Assembly (NCBI GenBank): GCA_016861245.1 | Contig: BOKZ01000001.1 | Location: 347,382 to 411,381 of the forward strand | Length of the DNA: 64,000 bases | Direction of reading: 5' to 3' | Origin: Patescibacteria group bacterium | GTDB lineage: Bacteria; Patescibacteriota; UBA1384; 2-12-FULL-50-11 | Part shown: positions 8,653 through 17,093 of the stretch, one piece after another | Numbering within the stretch: the stretch's first letter is position 1 | Layout of the letters: each line of letters begins with the position of its first letter | The notes under the pieces: generated by a model | Databases searched by the model: none | Told to the model about the DNA's origin: nothing | Seen by the model: the letters and a program-made list of their open reading frames with translations, nothing else | Translations under genes and position numbers: made by a program

Positions 8653-9162
8653 TCACTTTCTCTTCTTTGGAAGATACCTGAAAAACCGTTCTTTTTCAAG
8701 ATAACTAGTCCGCATCTTAGGAGTGTTTCGCTTTAAATGCACAATTACAACCGCTAACCAAACAACCACAGTTAGGCCGGTTGCCAACAAGACGAGACGG
8801 CTTGAAGCGAAAGCGACCTGTTGAGCGCGAAAAAACCAGTACGACAACGACATAATCACTACAAACGTAACGATGCTCGAAAGCTGTTGGATCTCGAACT
8901 CATAAACTGGGGCGGTTTTGTGTGCACGCTTTAAATGAGCTCGCCAGAATAGGATAAGGGCGATACACAAAACTACACCCGCGAGGCTAACGGCGGTGTA
9001 AGCGGAACTGCTTGGTAGTCCGCTCTCAGTCCAATAGTCCCAGCTTATAATATTTTTCCAGTCGCTGGTCGGAAATTTCTGAGTTGAGAAAAAATCTTCA
9101 ATTGTTTGGAATCGGCTTGTAAAGAATTCTTTCATAGTTAGTTGTTGTGCCGAGGCAGCCAA
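8653..9162 (-). CDS. hypothetical membrane protein (169 aa)
   Basis: Three predicted TM helices; no motif. Confidence 0.45.
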   Translation of the reverse strand: MAASAQQLTMKEFFTSRFQTIEDFFSTQKFPTSDWKNIISWDYWTESGLPSSSAYTAVSLAGVVLCIALILFWRAHLKRAHKTAPVYEFEIQQLSSIVTFVVIMSLSYWFFRAQQVAFASSRLVLLATGLTVVVWLAVVIVHLKRNTPKMRTSYLEKERFFRYLPKKRK

Positions 9163-9197
9163 CCTGCGATGTGCCTCAGGTCAAGAATCTTCGCTAC

Positions 9198-9218
9198 GCT
9201 CAGTTCTGACCTTCGCCA
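9198..9218. repeat. inverted, degenerate partial copy of the 3' end (T-arm/acceptor) of the adjacent tRNA-Phe
   Basis: GCTCAGTTC-TGACCTTCGCCA on + strand vs tRNA-Phe 3' half GTCAGTTCGATTCTGACCTTCGGCA (minus); can pair with the tRNA 3' region (9241-9260) around an internal palindrome GCGACATTGTCGC. Confidence 0.4.
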
Positions 9219-9237
9219 CTCGCGACATTGTCGCTCG

Positions 9238-9309
9238 TGCCGAAGGTCAGAATCGAACTGACGACACCACGCTCTTCAGGCGCGTGCTCTACCACTGAGC
9301 TACTTCGGC
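9238..9309 (-). tRNA. tRNA-Phe(GAA): tRNA-Phe (anticodon GAA)
   Basis: GCCGAAGTAGCTCAGTGGTAGAGC..CGCGC-CTGAAGA-GCGTG..GTCAG-TTCGATT-CTGAC-CTTCGGCA. Confidence 0.8.
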
Positions 9310-9366
9310 TAATTATACTTGAGTATTTTACCTAATTTTTAGGGTAAGAAAAAGGCGGCTGGAGCA

Positions 9367-9786
9367 CTAGGCTCCACCGCCGTTAAGGATTCCGTTGCCA
9401 GTCTTGGGTGGGATGATCGTAATACTGCCTTCGGCAACCAGCTTCTCGGTCTCTCCACACCACTTCGTCACTCTTACAGTGATCTCCTTCTCGCCAAACC
9501 GCGAACCAGCGACGTCAGAAGGGTGGCTGACAGCAATATTGAACTCATCACCAGCTTTTACTGGTCGGTGAATAGTAAGGCGCTCGATCGCCCGGGCAAC
9601 GGTGCCGTCGCCGTACGCCATCCACACGGCTGCCGAGATTTTTCCGATCAACAGTGCGCCGTGGGCGATCGCATCTGGTCCCTGATGAATTGGATTCCGA
9701 TCGCCGGACATTTCGGCGTACGCTTCGATATCCGACATGGTAATGGTCTGCGTGCAGACTATGCCTTCTTCGGTAATTGCTCCCAT
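9367..9786 (-). CDS. MaoC-like (hotdog-fold) dehydratase
   Basis: 139 aa; hotdog-fold signature region ..GDRNPIHQGPDAIAHGALLIG.. Confidence 0.65.
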   Translation of the reverse strand: MGAITEEGIVCTQTITMSDIEAYAEMSGDRNPIHQGPDAIAHGALLIGKISAAVWMAYGDGTVARAIERLTIHRPVKAGDEFNIAVSHPSDVAGSRFGEKEITVRVTKWCGETEKLVAEGSITIIPPKTGNGILNGGGA

Positions 9787-9865
9787 ATTTGTTGGTACAC
9801 CTCCTGGGTTGTTTGAGGAATTTACTCTATTATGAGCGATTTTTCAAGGGTTTGGGAGTCTTTTT

Positions 9866-9880
9866 TTGTGCCGGGAAGAG
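9866..9880. repeat. 15-nt direct repeat TTGTGCCGGGAAGAG duplicating the 3' end of tRNA-Leu(TAG) (second copy at 10002-10016 inside the tRNA)
   Basis: Exact 15-mer seen twice 136 bp apart. Confidence 0.6.
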
Positions 9881-9965
9881 AGGAAAATCGCTCCGTTTTA
9901 CTACGCTCCTGCTCGCGAGCAAAGCTCGCTCGCAGTGAACCTCGGTTCAAGTCGCCGTTCTCAAT

Positions 9966-9993
9966 ACAATAAAACGCCGTCGCAAATGCGACG
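9966..9993 (-). terminator. rho-independent terminator downstream of tRNA-Leu(TAG)
   Basis: Hairpin CGTCGC-AAAT-GCGACG followed on minus strand by TTTTATTGTATT. Confidence 0.5.
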
Positions 9994-10003
9994 ACGCTTC
10001 ATT

Positions 10004-10087
10004 GTGCCGGGAAGAGGACTTGAACCTCCATGGGGTTGCCCCCGCTAGCTCCTAAAGCTAGTGCGTCTACCATTTCGCCATCCCGGC
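10004..10087 (-). tRNA. tRNA-Leu(TAG): tRNA-Leu (anticodon TAG), long variable arm
   Basis: GCCGGGATGGCGAAATGGTAGACGC..CTAGC-TTTAGGA-GCTAG, variable arm CGGGGGCAACCCCATG, T-arm GGAGG-TTCAAGT-CCTCT, acceptor TCCCGGCA. Confidence 0.8.
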
Positions 10088-10122
10088 GTATGCCAGGATA
10101 AGAATTCGACCTTTCGGAAGAT

Positions 10123-10136
10123 TTCGCCATCCCGGC
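10123..10136. repeat. 14-nt direct repeat TTCGCCATCCCGGC duplicating the 5' end of tRNA-Leu(TAG) (other copy 10074-10087)
   Basis: Exact 14-mer (16/17 with flanks) 49 bp upstream of the tRNA 5' end. Confidence 0.55.
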
Positions 10137-10209
10137 AAATTGACCTGTTAATTCTAACAAAGTTAGAGAAATTTTGATAGAATGCGCTCTGTCATTCGGA
10201 GAAAACCCC

Positions 10210-10410
10210 ATGATTCCTTTACTTATCGTCCAGCTCGTCGTCTTCGTTCTCGGAGTACTTCTGACGATCTTCGGTATCAAGGTTGCTACCGAGGAGAAGG
10301 GTTCGGTTACCGTGATCGGTGCGATGACTGCAGCGCTCGGTGTTTGTGCCAGTGTCGGCACTCTTATCTATTTCCTTTTTGGTACTCTGCCACAGCTTCT
10401 CTCCCCGTAA
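10210..10410 (+). CDS. small two-TM membrane protein (66 aa)
   Basis: ORF starting MIPLLIVQLVVFVLGVLL.. with GGAG 8 nt upstream of this ATG; hydrophobic. Confidence 0.35.
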   Translation: MIPLLIVQLVVFVLGVLLTIFGIKVATEEKGSVTVIGAMTAALGVCASVGTLIYFLFGTLPQLLSP

Positions 10411-10420
10411 GGGGAGATTT

Positions 10421-10864
10421 TTATAATGTGATTTTGTTCTTAAGTTTCTCGAACGTTTTCGGACCGATACCTTTAACTTGCTGAATATCTTCGAGCCGGA
10501 CAAACGGCCCATTTTTAGTGCGATAATCGATGATCGCCTTCGCGTAACTTGGCCCGATTCCTGGCAGTGTGTCTAGCTCACTAGCTGAAGCTGTGTTGAT
10601 ATTAACCGATCCCATTGGCGCTTCTTCAGTAGTTTGAGTAACAGCGTTATCAGGAGCAGCTTGCGGATCGCTAAGTGCTGATTGGAGTTGAGCGATAACT
10701 TCGTTTGGTGCCGGATCTACCTCTTCGCTCGGCAGTGGGGTCGTTGGGCTATTTGTTCGATACTGACTGCCGACGATAAAACCGGTGGCGGCGACAAGCA
10801 CTAAAAAGAGTACATTTGAGACGTTCGGCTCAAAATTTGTCTTAGATCGTCGACTGTTCCCCAT
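10421..10864 (-). CDS. comEA: competence protein ComEA (helix-hairpin-helix DNA-binding)
   Basis: 147 aa; N-terminal TM, C-terminal tandem HhH (NINTASASELDTLPGIGPSYAKAII.. and GIGPKTFEKLK). Confidence 0.8.
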   Translation of the reverse strand: MGNSRRSKTNFEPNVSNVLFLVLVAATGFIVGSQYRTNSPTTPLPSEEVDPAPNEVIAQLQSALSDPQAAPDNAVTQTTEEAPMGSVNINTASASELDTLPGIGPSYAKAIIDYRTKNGPFVRLEDIQQVKGIGPKTFEKLKNKITL

Positions 10865-12821
10865 CGCTTTTTAGTTGCTTTTGAAGCAGCGGGTACATTT
10901 CCAGACTATCGTGCATAATTTTACGCGCCAGCGCAAATATTGTCTCAAGGAGCTCTTTATCGTTCCAAGAAGCGTACCTCAGCGCGATCTCCCCGCTTTG
11001 GCTAAAGCCCGTTAGCTCGCCTGGCCCACGGAGCTCTAGGTCGATCTCGGAAAGTTCTAAGCCGTTCGTAATTTGTGAGAACGCCAGTAGCCTTTTAGCT
11101 GAAGAATCGGTTGTGCCAGTATTGGCGACGTAACAAATTGATCCCTTTGCGCCGCGCCCGACTCGCCCACGAAGTTGGTGTAATGTACTTAATCCGAAGT
11201 GGTCGGCGTTCTCTATCAGTATCCAGGTTGCATCCGGATTATCAATTCCGATTTCGATGATGGTTGTTGCCACCAATATATCTATCTCGCTCTGCCGAAA
11301 CCGCTCGAGGGTCTTTGTATTTTTCGCGCTGTCGGCCTGGCCGTGGATCTCGCCGATCCGAGCACTCGGGAATACTTTAGCTAATCTTTTTACCTCGCTC
11401 TGGACTGACTTTTTATCGTCAAGCATTTGGTCAATTAACTCGGTCGTTTCGTTAATTCGTGGACAGACGACGTAGCCCGGCTCACGGTTTTCTAGTCGTT
11501 TGGCGATCTCTTTTTCGATTGTCGATCGTTGGTTCTCGGAAAAGATCTTTGTTACCACTGGCTTTTGATGTAGTGGCCGTTGCGATAGGTAAGTGATGTC
11601 TAGGTGTCTGAGTAATGTTTGGGCAAACGATCGTGGAATCGGTGTTGCGCTCATCATTAGAACGTCACAATTCGGATTGGTTTTTAATAGAAACTGTCGT
11701 TGGTCGACACCGAAACGGTGCTGCTCGTCGATAATTACCATGTCGAAACCGTAATGAGCTTTGAGTAGCGCGTGCGTTCCAACGATAATTGGTGCCTGTT
11801 TATTCTTACTTTCGGTCGAACTGCTCAGTCCAACTCGGTAATTAAACTGGTTAAGAACGGCTGACAATACTCGAAATTGCTGCTCCGCTAACGAGAGTGT
11901 TGGACAAAGCACTGCGACTCGTTTGCCGTTCTGGAGAAGCGCTGCTGCAACAATAGCCGCAACTGCAGTTTTTCCCGACCCGACTTCGCCATAAAGCAGC
12001 CGATTCATCGGGTACGGCTGTTGGAGGTCATTGAGGATTTCCCAGGCAGCTTTACGCTGACTATCGGTTAGCGCAAACGGCAGTTTTTGAACGAAGTTCT
12101 GTAAAAACGTTGTATCTATAGCTAAAGTTGGTCGACGTTTTGCGAGCCGTTCCAGTCGCGATCGCTCGGCTCGTAAGGCTAAGAGTAGTAATTCTTCAGC
12201 ACCGAGTAACTGTTGCGCGATCTGTAAGTCCTCCATCGCTTCTGGTCGGTGCGCGCGCAGCAAGGCTGATTTTCGGTTCGGTAGTTTTAACTGCTTCGAA
12301 ATCTTCGCCGGCAGTAGATCGGGGATATCATCGATCTCGTCTACAGCCCGATTAATAACACTTCGAATCGTCGCCTGGCTAATCCCGGCTGTTCGGCGGT
12401 ATATCGGGCAGATCTCGGGCTTTGCAATTATGCCTTTTACGATAAACGGGTTCTGGAGACTTGGGATTCTTTTGCGAACGCCGTAGAGCGTGATCTCGTC
12501 GTACTCTCGTAACGTTTTTAATAAGTAACGCTGGTTAAACCAAAGCGCGGTAGTTGTACCGCTTTTATCTTTAATCCTAGCTTGAATCATTAATACACCG
12601 CGCTTACTTTTTCGACTAGAAACACTGGTAACTGTGCCGATGATGACCGAGTCAATATCGAAATCGAGTTTAGCGATCGCGACGACGTTGGTTCTGTCTT
12701 CGTAGCGAAACGGCAAAAACTCCAAGGCGTCTTGGAGCGTTCTTATATTCAACCTCGCCAAGGCTGCCTTCGTTGAATACGCTCGCGATTTAACTAATCG
12801 CTCAATTGAGGCGCTTTCCAT
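10842..12821 (-). CDS. recG: ATP-dependent DNA helicase RecG
   Basis: 659 aa; wedge/OB N-terminus, Walker A GEVGSGKT, DEQH box, helicase C motifs (QLRGRVGRG). Confidence 0.9.
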   Translation of the reverse strand: MESASIERLVKSRAYSTKAALARLNIRTLQDALEFLPFRYEDRTNVVAIAKLDFDIDSVIIGTVTSVSSRKSKRGVLMIQARIKDKSGTTTALWFNQRYLLKTLREYDEITLYGVRKRIPSLQNPFIVKGIIAKPEICPIYRRTAGISQATIRSVINRAVDEIDDIPDLLPAKISKQLKLPNRKSALLRAHRPEAMEDLQIAQQLLGAEELLLLALRAERSRLERLAKRRPTLAIDTTFLQNFVQKLPFALTDSQRKAAWEILNDLQQPYPMNRLLYGEVGSGKTAVAAIVAAALLQNGKRVAVLCPTLSLAEQQFRVLSAVLNQFNYRVGLSSSTESKNKQAPIIVGTHALLKAHYGFDMVIIDEQHRFGVDQRQFLLKTNPNCDVLMMSATPIPRSFAQTLLRHLDITYLSQRPLHQKPVVTKIFSENQRSTIEKEIAKRLENREPGYVVCPRINETTELIDQMLDDKKSVQSEVKRLAKVFPSARIGEIHGQADSAKNTKTLERFRQSEIDILVATTIIEIGIDNPDATWILIENADHFGLSTLHQLRGRVGRGAKGSICYVANTGTTDSSAKRLLAFSQITNGLELSEIDLELRGPGELTGFSQSGEIALRYASWNDKELLETIFALARKIMHDSLEMYPLLQKQLKSDGEQSTI

Positions 12822-12846
12822 CTGCTACACTGTAGTGTGAACAACC

Positions 12847-13011
12847 ATGACCGACAAGCGACACCGAAACCTAATCCTTTACGCCTTATTTATCTTTTCT
12901 GCTGTAACAGTTGTGGCGTATCTTGCCCTTAACGACCAAGTGCGGATACAAGCGTTATTTTCTGATCAGCCGAATCCGAAAATCGACGACGTAAAATTTA
13001 TTCTGAACTAA
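12847..13011 (+). CDS. possible small membrane protein (54 aa, below ORF-track cutoff)
   Basis: ATG ORF MTDKRHRNLILYALFIFSAVTVVAYLALND.. in the recG/GH94 intergenic region; single TM helix; no RBS evaluated. Confidence 0.25.
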   Translation: MTDKRHRNLILYALFIFSAVTVVAYLALNDQVRIQALFSDQPNPKIDDVKFILN

Positions 13012-15014
13012 CCAAGCGTGACTTCAATAAAGTGATTACCGGTTTGGAACGGCCGAATGACGTTCCCTGTGATGTGGAGTCCATTCACACTGAGGCGACT
13101 GACTCCGCTAGTTGCCCTAAGCGGATTACTAACACGAATGTGGTAGTTGGCGCCTCGAAACTCTCTGCTAACTTCATACTGCCGCCACGATCGTGGGATG
13201 TGCGGATCGATCTTTAATCCTCCAATCGTCGGCTGGATGCCCAGAACGGTTTCGGTAATAACCGAAAGGAATTTGGCTGCAGCAGTGTTGTCCAAGTTGC
13301 TGTCCGCCTGTCCGCGTCGTTGGGCGCTAGCGAGAATAGAGCGCGGAAAGAGATACGGCTCGGCTTGATACTGCTCAGCAGATTTTGATCGGGTGGTTGG
13401 TAGGAAGTGCTCAAGCAGCTCCAGTGCGTCGTCGGCGTGATCGTGCATTGCTAACTGTTCAACACAGCTGACAACCGTTGTTAGTAAAATCTCATTTTCT
13501 GAGAGCGTGATAGTTTTTAATTCAGACCGTAAATTGTTAACGGCCGACTGCCGATGTTGCTTAGTGAGGGTGTGTGAAGCAAGAATAGGAAGCATCGTTG
13601 TTAGGTGTTGCTTTGGGTTTCTTGCCCATTGCCGGTTTATTCGTGAGCTTTGATCGTCAATGGCTCGTTCAATCTTACGAACAAACTGGTGTTCACCGAT
13701 CTGCATGAAGATTGGTAATACTTTCCGAAGCGCTGACACGGCTACGGATTTTTCGACCAATGCGGAACTATCGCTATTGAGGTTCTCAAGTAGTGAGTTA
13801 CAACTACGGGTTAGGTGCTCGGTGGTTGAACCTGAGCCGCTATCAAAAAATGACACATGTTCCGTGAGAAGCGAAAGATCTCCGGTTTCGGCCAGGTAGC
13901 TGCAAAGCGCTTCCAGGAGTTTGGATACGGTTGCGACTGATCCGTCCGGGATCGGTTCAGTAATTGAACGAATGAGCGATCCGTCTCGATACTGTTGTGA
14001 TAGGATTTCTACTAATTCTGTTTTTGTTTGTTCTGGTACGTGGGTCGATAACTGCGATAAACGATTTAGCCGTTCGCTAATTGCTGCGTATTCAGAAATA
14101 GGCGAGAGCGCCTGGAGCTTTGACCAGTGGTTAACGAGTAAATTCAAATCATGTTCGGGCGATTTAATTACGACTCGTTCCGGGAGCGGTTGAGCTGGAC
14201 TATGTAAACTTTTACCCCATTTTTTTGCTAAGCGTTTCGCTTGCGCAGTAGTGTCGACGATTGAAACTCCTAAAATAACTGCAAAATTAGTCTCAGTTCC
14301 TGCGCCGAGCGTAAAGTTCTTTTGCAGTACTGCAATACGATTGTCTCCTCCAAAACTCCTTGAACATTTACCATCGAGTAACGCTTTTGGTTTACTTAAA
14401 CTACCGTATCGGCCGACGAACTGATCCCAGTCGCAGTCGAAGCTATCAACTGCGTGGTCGAGTGTAAAAATTCGGGCAAGAAGATTGGTTTCGTTGTGAG
14501 TAGTCATGGCAACGATCGCGTTATCGTGAAATTGGCTGTCTTGAATTTCTTGTCCCCACTCTACTACTGCAAACACACTTAGTCGGCGTTTACGTTTATC
14601 GCTGTTGGAGAGCTGTACTTGCCAATGCTCGTAAGGTGAAGAATCATGAACGCTGAAGGCGATTTGTGATGAAATTTTATTTTTTTCGGCCGATATTGCT
14701 GTCATACCTAAGCGATGGGTGGCGCGGAACTGGTCAAGCTCGCTAACTACGGGATACCAGGTAGCCGACCAAAATTCTCCGGTGTCGTTATCGCGGATAT
14801 ATAAATATCTACCCGACTGCTGGCCAGCAACCGTTACGGGCCCTGTAAGGTTGTTTTGTGTAGAGAAGCCGATTCCGTTTTGGGCGATCACCAGCGAGTA
14901 GCTTGTGTTGTATAGCAAATTCCGCCACGGACGAGGTGTGTCGGGTTTATTAACGCTGTACTCATCGCCAGAAAGCGAAAATTCTCCGTGATTTGCTATA
15001 TTTTCCCTCCGAAA
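13008..15014 (-). CDS. GH94-like glycoside phosphorylase homolog (cellobiose/chitobiose phosphorylase family) with diverged central domain; N-terminus lacks canonical start codon
   Basis: N-terminal domain matches GH94 (TPRPWRN, GRYLYIRDNDTGEFWS, DWDQFVGRYGS...CS) and C-terminal jelly-roll matches (LKIDPHIPRSWRQYEVSREFRGANYHIRVSNP); reading frame continues upstream of the TTG chosen by the ORF track to a stop near 15015 with no ATG/GTG. Confidence 0.65.
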   Translation of the reverse strand, partial: FRRENIANHGEFSLSGDEYSVNKPDTPRPWRNLLYNTSYSLVIAQNGIGFSTQNNLTGPVTVAGQQSGRYLYIRDNDTGEFWSATWYPVVSELDQFRATHRLGMTAISAEKNKISSQIAFSVHDSSPYEHWQVQLSNSDKRKRRLSVFAVVEWGQEIQDSQFHDNAIVAMTTHNETNLLARIFTLDHAVDSFDCDWDQFVGRYGSLSKPKALLDGKCSRSFGGDNRIAVLQKNFTLGAGTETNFAVILGVSIVDTTAQAKRLAKKWGKSLHSPAQPLPERVVIKSPEHDLNLLVNHWSKLQALSPISEYAAISERLNRLSQLSTHVPEQTKTELVEILSQQYRDGSLIRSITEPIPDGSVATVSKLLEALCSYLAETGDLSLLTEHVSFFDSGSGSTTEHLTRSCNSLLENLNSDSSALVEKSVAVSALRKVLPIFMQIGEHQFVRKIERAIDDQSSRINRQWARNPKQHLTTMLPILASHTLTKQHRQSAVNNLRSELKTITLSENEILLTTVVSCVEQLAMHDHADDALELLEHFLPTTRSKSAEQYQAEPYLFPRSILASAQRRGQADSNLDNTAAAKFLSVITETVLGIQPTIGGLKIDPHIPRSWRQYEVSREFRGANYHIRVSNPLRATSGVSRLSVNGLHITGNVIRPFQTGNHFIEVTLG

Positions 15015-15072
15015 TTATCGTAACTGATTTTCGATCTGACGTCACAAGCAAAAGTTGTGGCACAATAGATGT

Positions 15073-16053
15073 ATGCCGCAGCTTCGCCAGAATATTATTA
15101 CCGGCGAATGGGTAGTGATCGCGCCGGAGCGCTCGAAACGCCCTTCGGATTTTATTAGCGCCGAGGTTGTAAAACCCGAATCTGAAGTGAACGATCCGTT
15201 CTCGCTCGACGGCGTTCCTTATAGAAAAGAACGCCACAAAGAATACGACACAAAGCATATCTACGTTATCCCAAATAAGTATCCGGTTTTTCTTGAAGAT
15301 CCGTCGTCGTGTTCTCCGAGAACTTATCGACTAGAGAGCAATTTCTACGCCGCCCGACCGTCAACCGGCGGTCACGATGTAGTGATCGTTAAGGAAGCAG
15401 ACGACAGCATCTATACGTTCTCGATCGAACAATGGTACGAGCTTTTCTCGGTTTCAAAGCGTCGTTTCAAATATTGGCGTAAAGATTGTAACGCCGAGCA
15501 CACGATGCTCATTTATAACCACGGTCCGAAAGCGGGAGCCTCGATCGCACATCCGCACGCTCAAATTTTTGCAGCTAATATTATTCCGAATCAAATTGTT
15601 CGGGAGATGAACGGCGCTGAACAATATTTTAATAACAACGGTAAGAACGTATTTGAAGATTTAATTTTTCACGAGAAAAAAGAGAAGGATCGAATCATCG
15701 CCGAAAACGACGAGTTTATTGCCTTTACCTTTTACGCCGCTCGATTCCCGTTTGAGGTTTGGGTGTTGCCGAAAGAGCCGTCAGCCCATTTTGAAGACAC
15801 TCCGGAAACGTTTATCCATTCTCTAGGGCAAATAATGAAAGACGTTATGAGTCGCTACGCGCGAGTACTAAAACAGCCGGCGTTAAATTTTTTCCTTCAC
15901 GATTTACCAGATTCAGTTGAGGCTAGCGAATTTTTCCGCTGGCACATTGAGATTACGCCAAGGCTCGGTACATACGGCGGTTACGAGCTAGGCTCTGGAG
16001 TTGTTGTTGACGTAATGAGTCCAGAAAATGCCGCAGAATTTTTGAGAGGTTAA
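15073..16053 (+). CDS. galT: GalT-family nucleotidyltransferase (galactose-1-phosphate uridylyltransferase / NDP-sugar phosphorylase, HIT-like)
   Basis: N-terminal ..TGEWVVIAPERSKRP.., active-site HPHAQ (HxHxQ); start taken at ATG 15073 (ORF track TTG 15055 also possible). Confidence 0.8.
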   Translation: MPQLRQNIITGEWVVIAPERSKRPSDFISAEVVKPESEVNDPFSLDGVPYRKERHKEYDTKHIYVIPNKYPVFLEDPSSCSPRTYRLESNFYAARPSTGGHDVVIVKEADDSIYTFSIEQWYELFSVSKRRFKYWRKDCNAEHTMLIYNHGPKAGASIAHPHAQIFAANIIPNQIVREMNGAEQYFNNNGKNVFEDLIFHEKKEKDRIIAENDEFIAFTFYAARFPFEVWVLPKEPSAHFEDTPETFIHSLGQIMKDVMSRYARVLKQPALNFFLHDLPDSVEASEFFRWHIEITPRLGTYGGYELGSGVVVDVMSPENAAEFLRG

Positions 16054-17018
16054 TTCCGATGCGAGCGGCGGTAACTGCTCTCTGCCCATTTTTCGATCTC
16101 GCTGTATTTTATACTGGCAACGCCGACTGTCGAATCTGCCGCACCGTAGTATACGAGTAACTCGTCGCCGAGTTTCACTGCGCCGCACGAAAAAACAACG
16201 TTATTAACTTGTCCTTCTTTTTCGTAATCTTGTGACGGTGTGAGTATCGGCTCGTCGCTACGCGCTAGAACCTTCATCGGATCATGCGGATCAAGGAGCG
16301 CCAAACCAAGGTTGTATTTCTGATTTTCCCCGACGCCATGATATATCAACACCCAGCCGTACTGGGTTTTGATCGGCGGTGCGCCGGCACCGATTCGTTC
16401 ACTGTCCCAGCCGTCCTCGCTCGGACTTAATACTGGCCCACGTTCCATAAAGTTTGGTAGATGTTCGCTAACCGCGAGGCGCATATCAGGGATAACTCGG
16501 TGGAGTAGTAGCATTTTGCCGTGAAATTTCCCAGGAAACAGAACCCCGTCTTTACTGTCGATGTGCGAGACAACGACGCCGTGCCTGGTAAACGTTCGAA
16601 AATCGGAGGTGTGAGCGATACTAACCCGAACGCGCCACGGCGTCTCGCCTGTCTCACGGTGCTCGGATCCTTTCCCGGTTATCGACGGATACAATGAAGC
16701 CGAGGTGTAAACAATGTAATACGTTCCGTCGATTACGCTGATGCGCGGATCTTCTACCCCCAGCGTCTCGTACTCACTACTCTCGTCTGGGACGAAGACC
16801 GGCTCAGAGAGACGTTCAGCGATGTGATAACCGTCATCGGAAAATGCTAGTCCGAAACGCGAAATCATATCCTCACCTTGGGCCCGGTAGAGCAACGCGA
16901 CCCGACCGTTGTAAAGCGTTGCGCCGCAGTTATAAACAGCTTTGTTTTCCCATTTGTGGTGGGTCGGCATCAGTATTGGGTTGTTACGAAAGCGAGTTAA
17001 TTTTAATTCCATACTCAA
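16050..17018 (-). CDS. GH130-family glycoside phosphorylase (mannoside phosphorylase-like)
   Basis: 322 aa 5-bladed beta-propeller-type sequence with GH130-like N-terminal region (..YNGRVALLYRAQGEDMISRFGLAFSDDG..). Confidence 0.7.
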   Translation of the reverse strand: MSMELKLTRFRNNPILMPTHHKWENKAVYNCGATLYNGRVALLYRAQGEDMISRFGLAFSDDGYHIAERLSEPVFVPDESSEYETLGVEDPRISVIDGTYYIVYTSASLYPSITGKGSEHRETGETPWRVRVSIAHTSDFRTFTRHGVVVSHIDSKDGVLFPGKFHGKMLLLHRVIPDMRLAVSEHLPNFMERGPVLSPSEDGWDSERIGAGAPPIKTQYGWVLIYHGVGENQKYNLGLALLDPHDPMKVLARSDEPILTPSQDYEKEGQVNNVVFSCGAVKLGDELLVYYGAADSTVGVASIKYSEIEKWAESSYRRSHRN

Positions 17019-17093
17019 CTATTAGTTTAACAGTACCTTTAAGTCAAAGTATCTCCCTGGATTGTTCGAGTTACATCTGTTAAGATACGACGT

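Noticed and set aside
12822-12842. Apparent palindrome CTACACTGTAGTGTG after the recG start
   Set aside because: On checking, the arms are not reverse complements of each other (direct, not inverted, symmetry).
14962-15258. 98-aa minus-strand ORF upstream of the GH94-like gene
   Set aside because: Different frame from the GH94 homology, no similarity to GH94 N-terminus, overlaps the divergent galT start; likely spurious. It does mark where a frameshift could have occurred.
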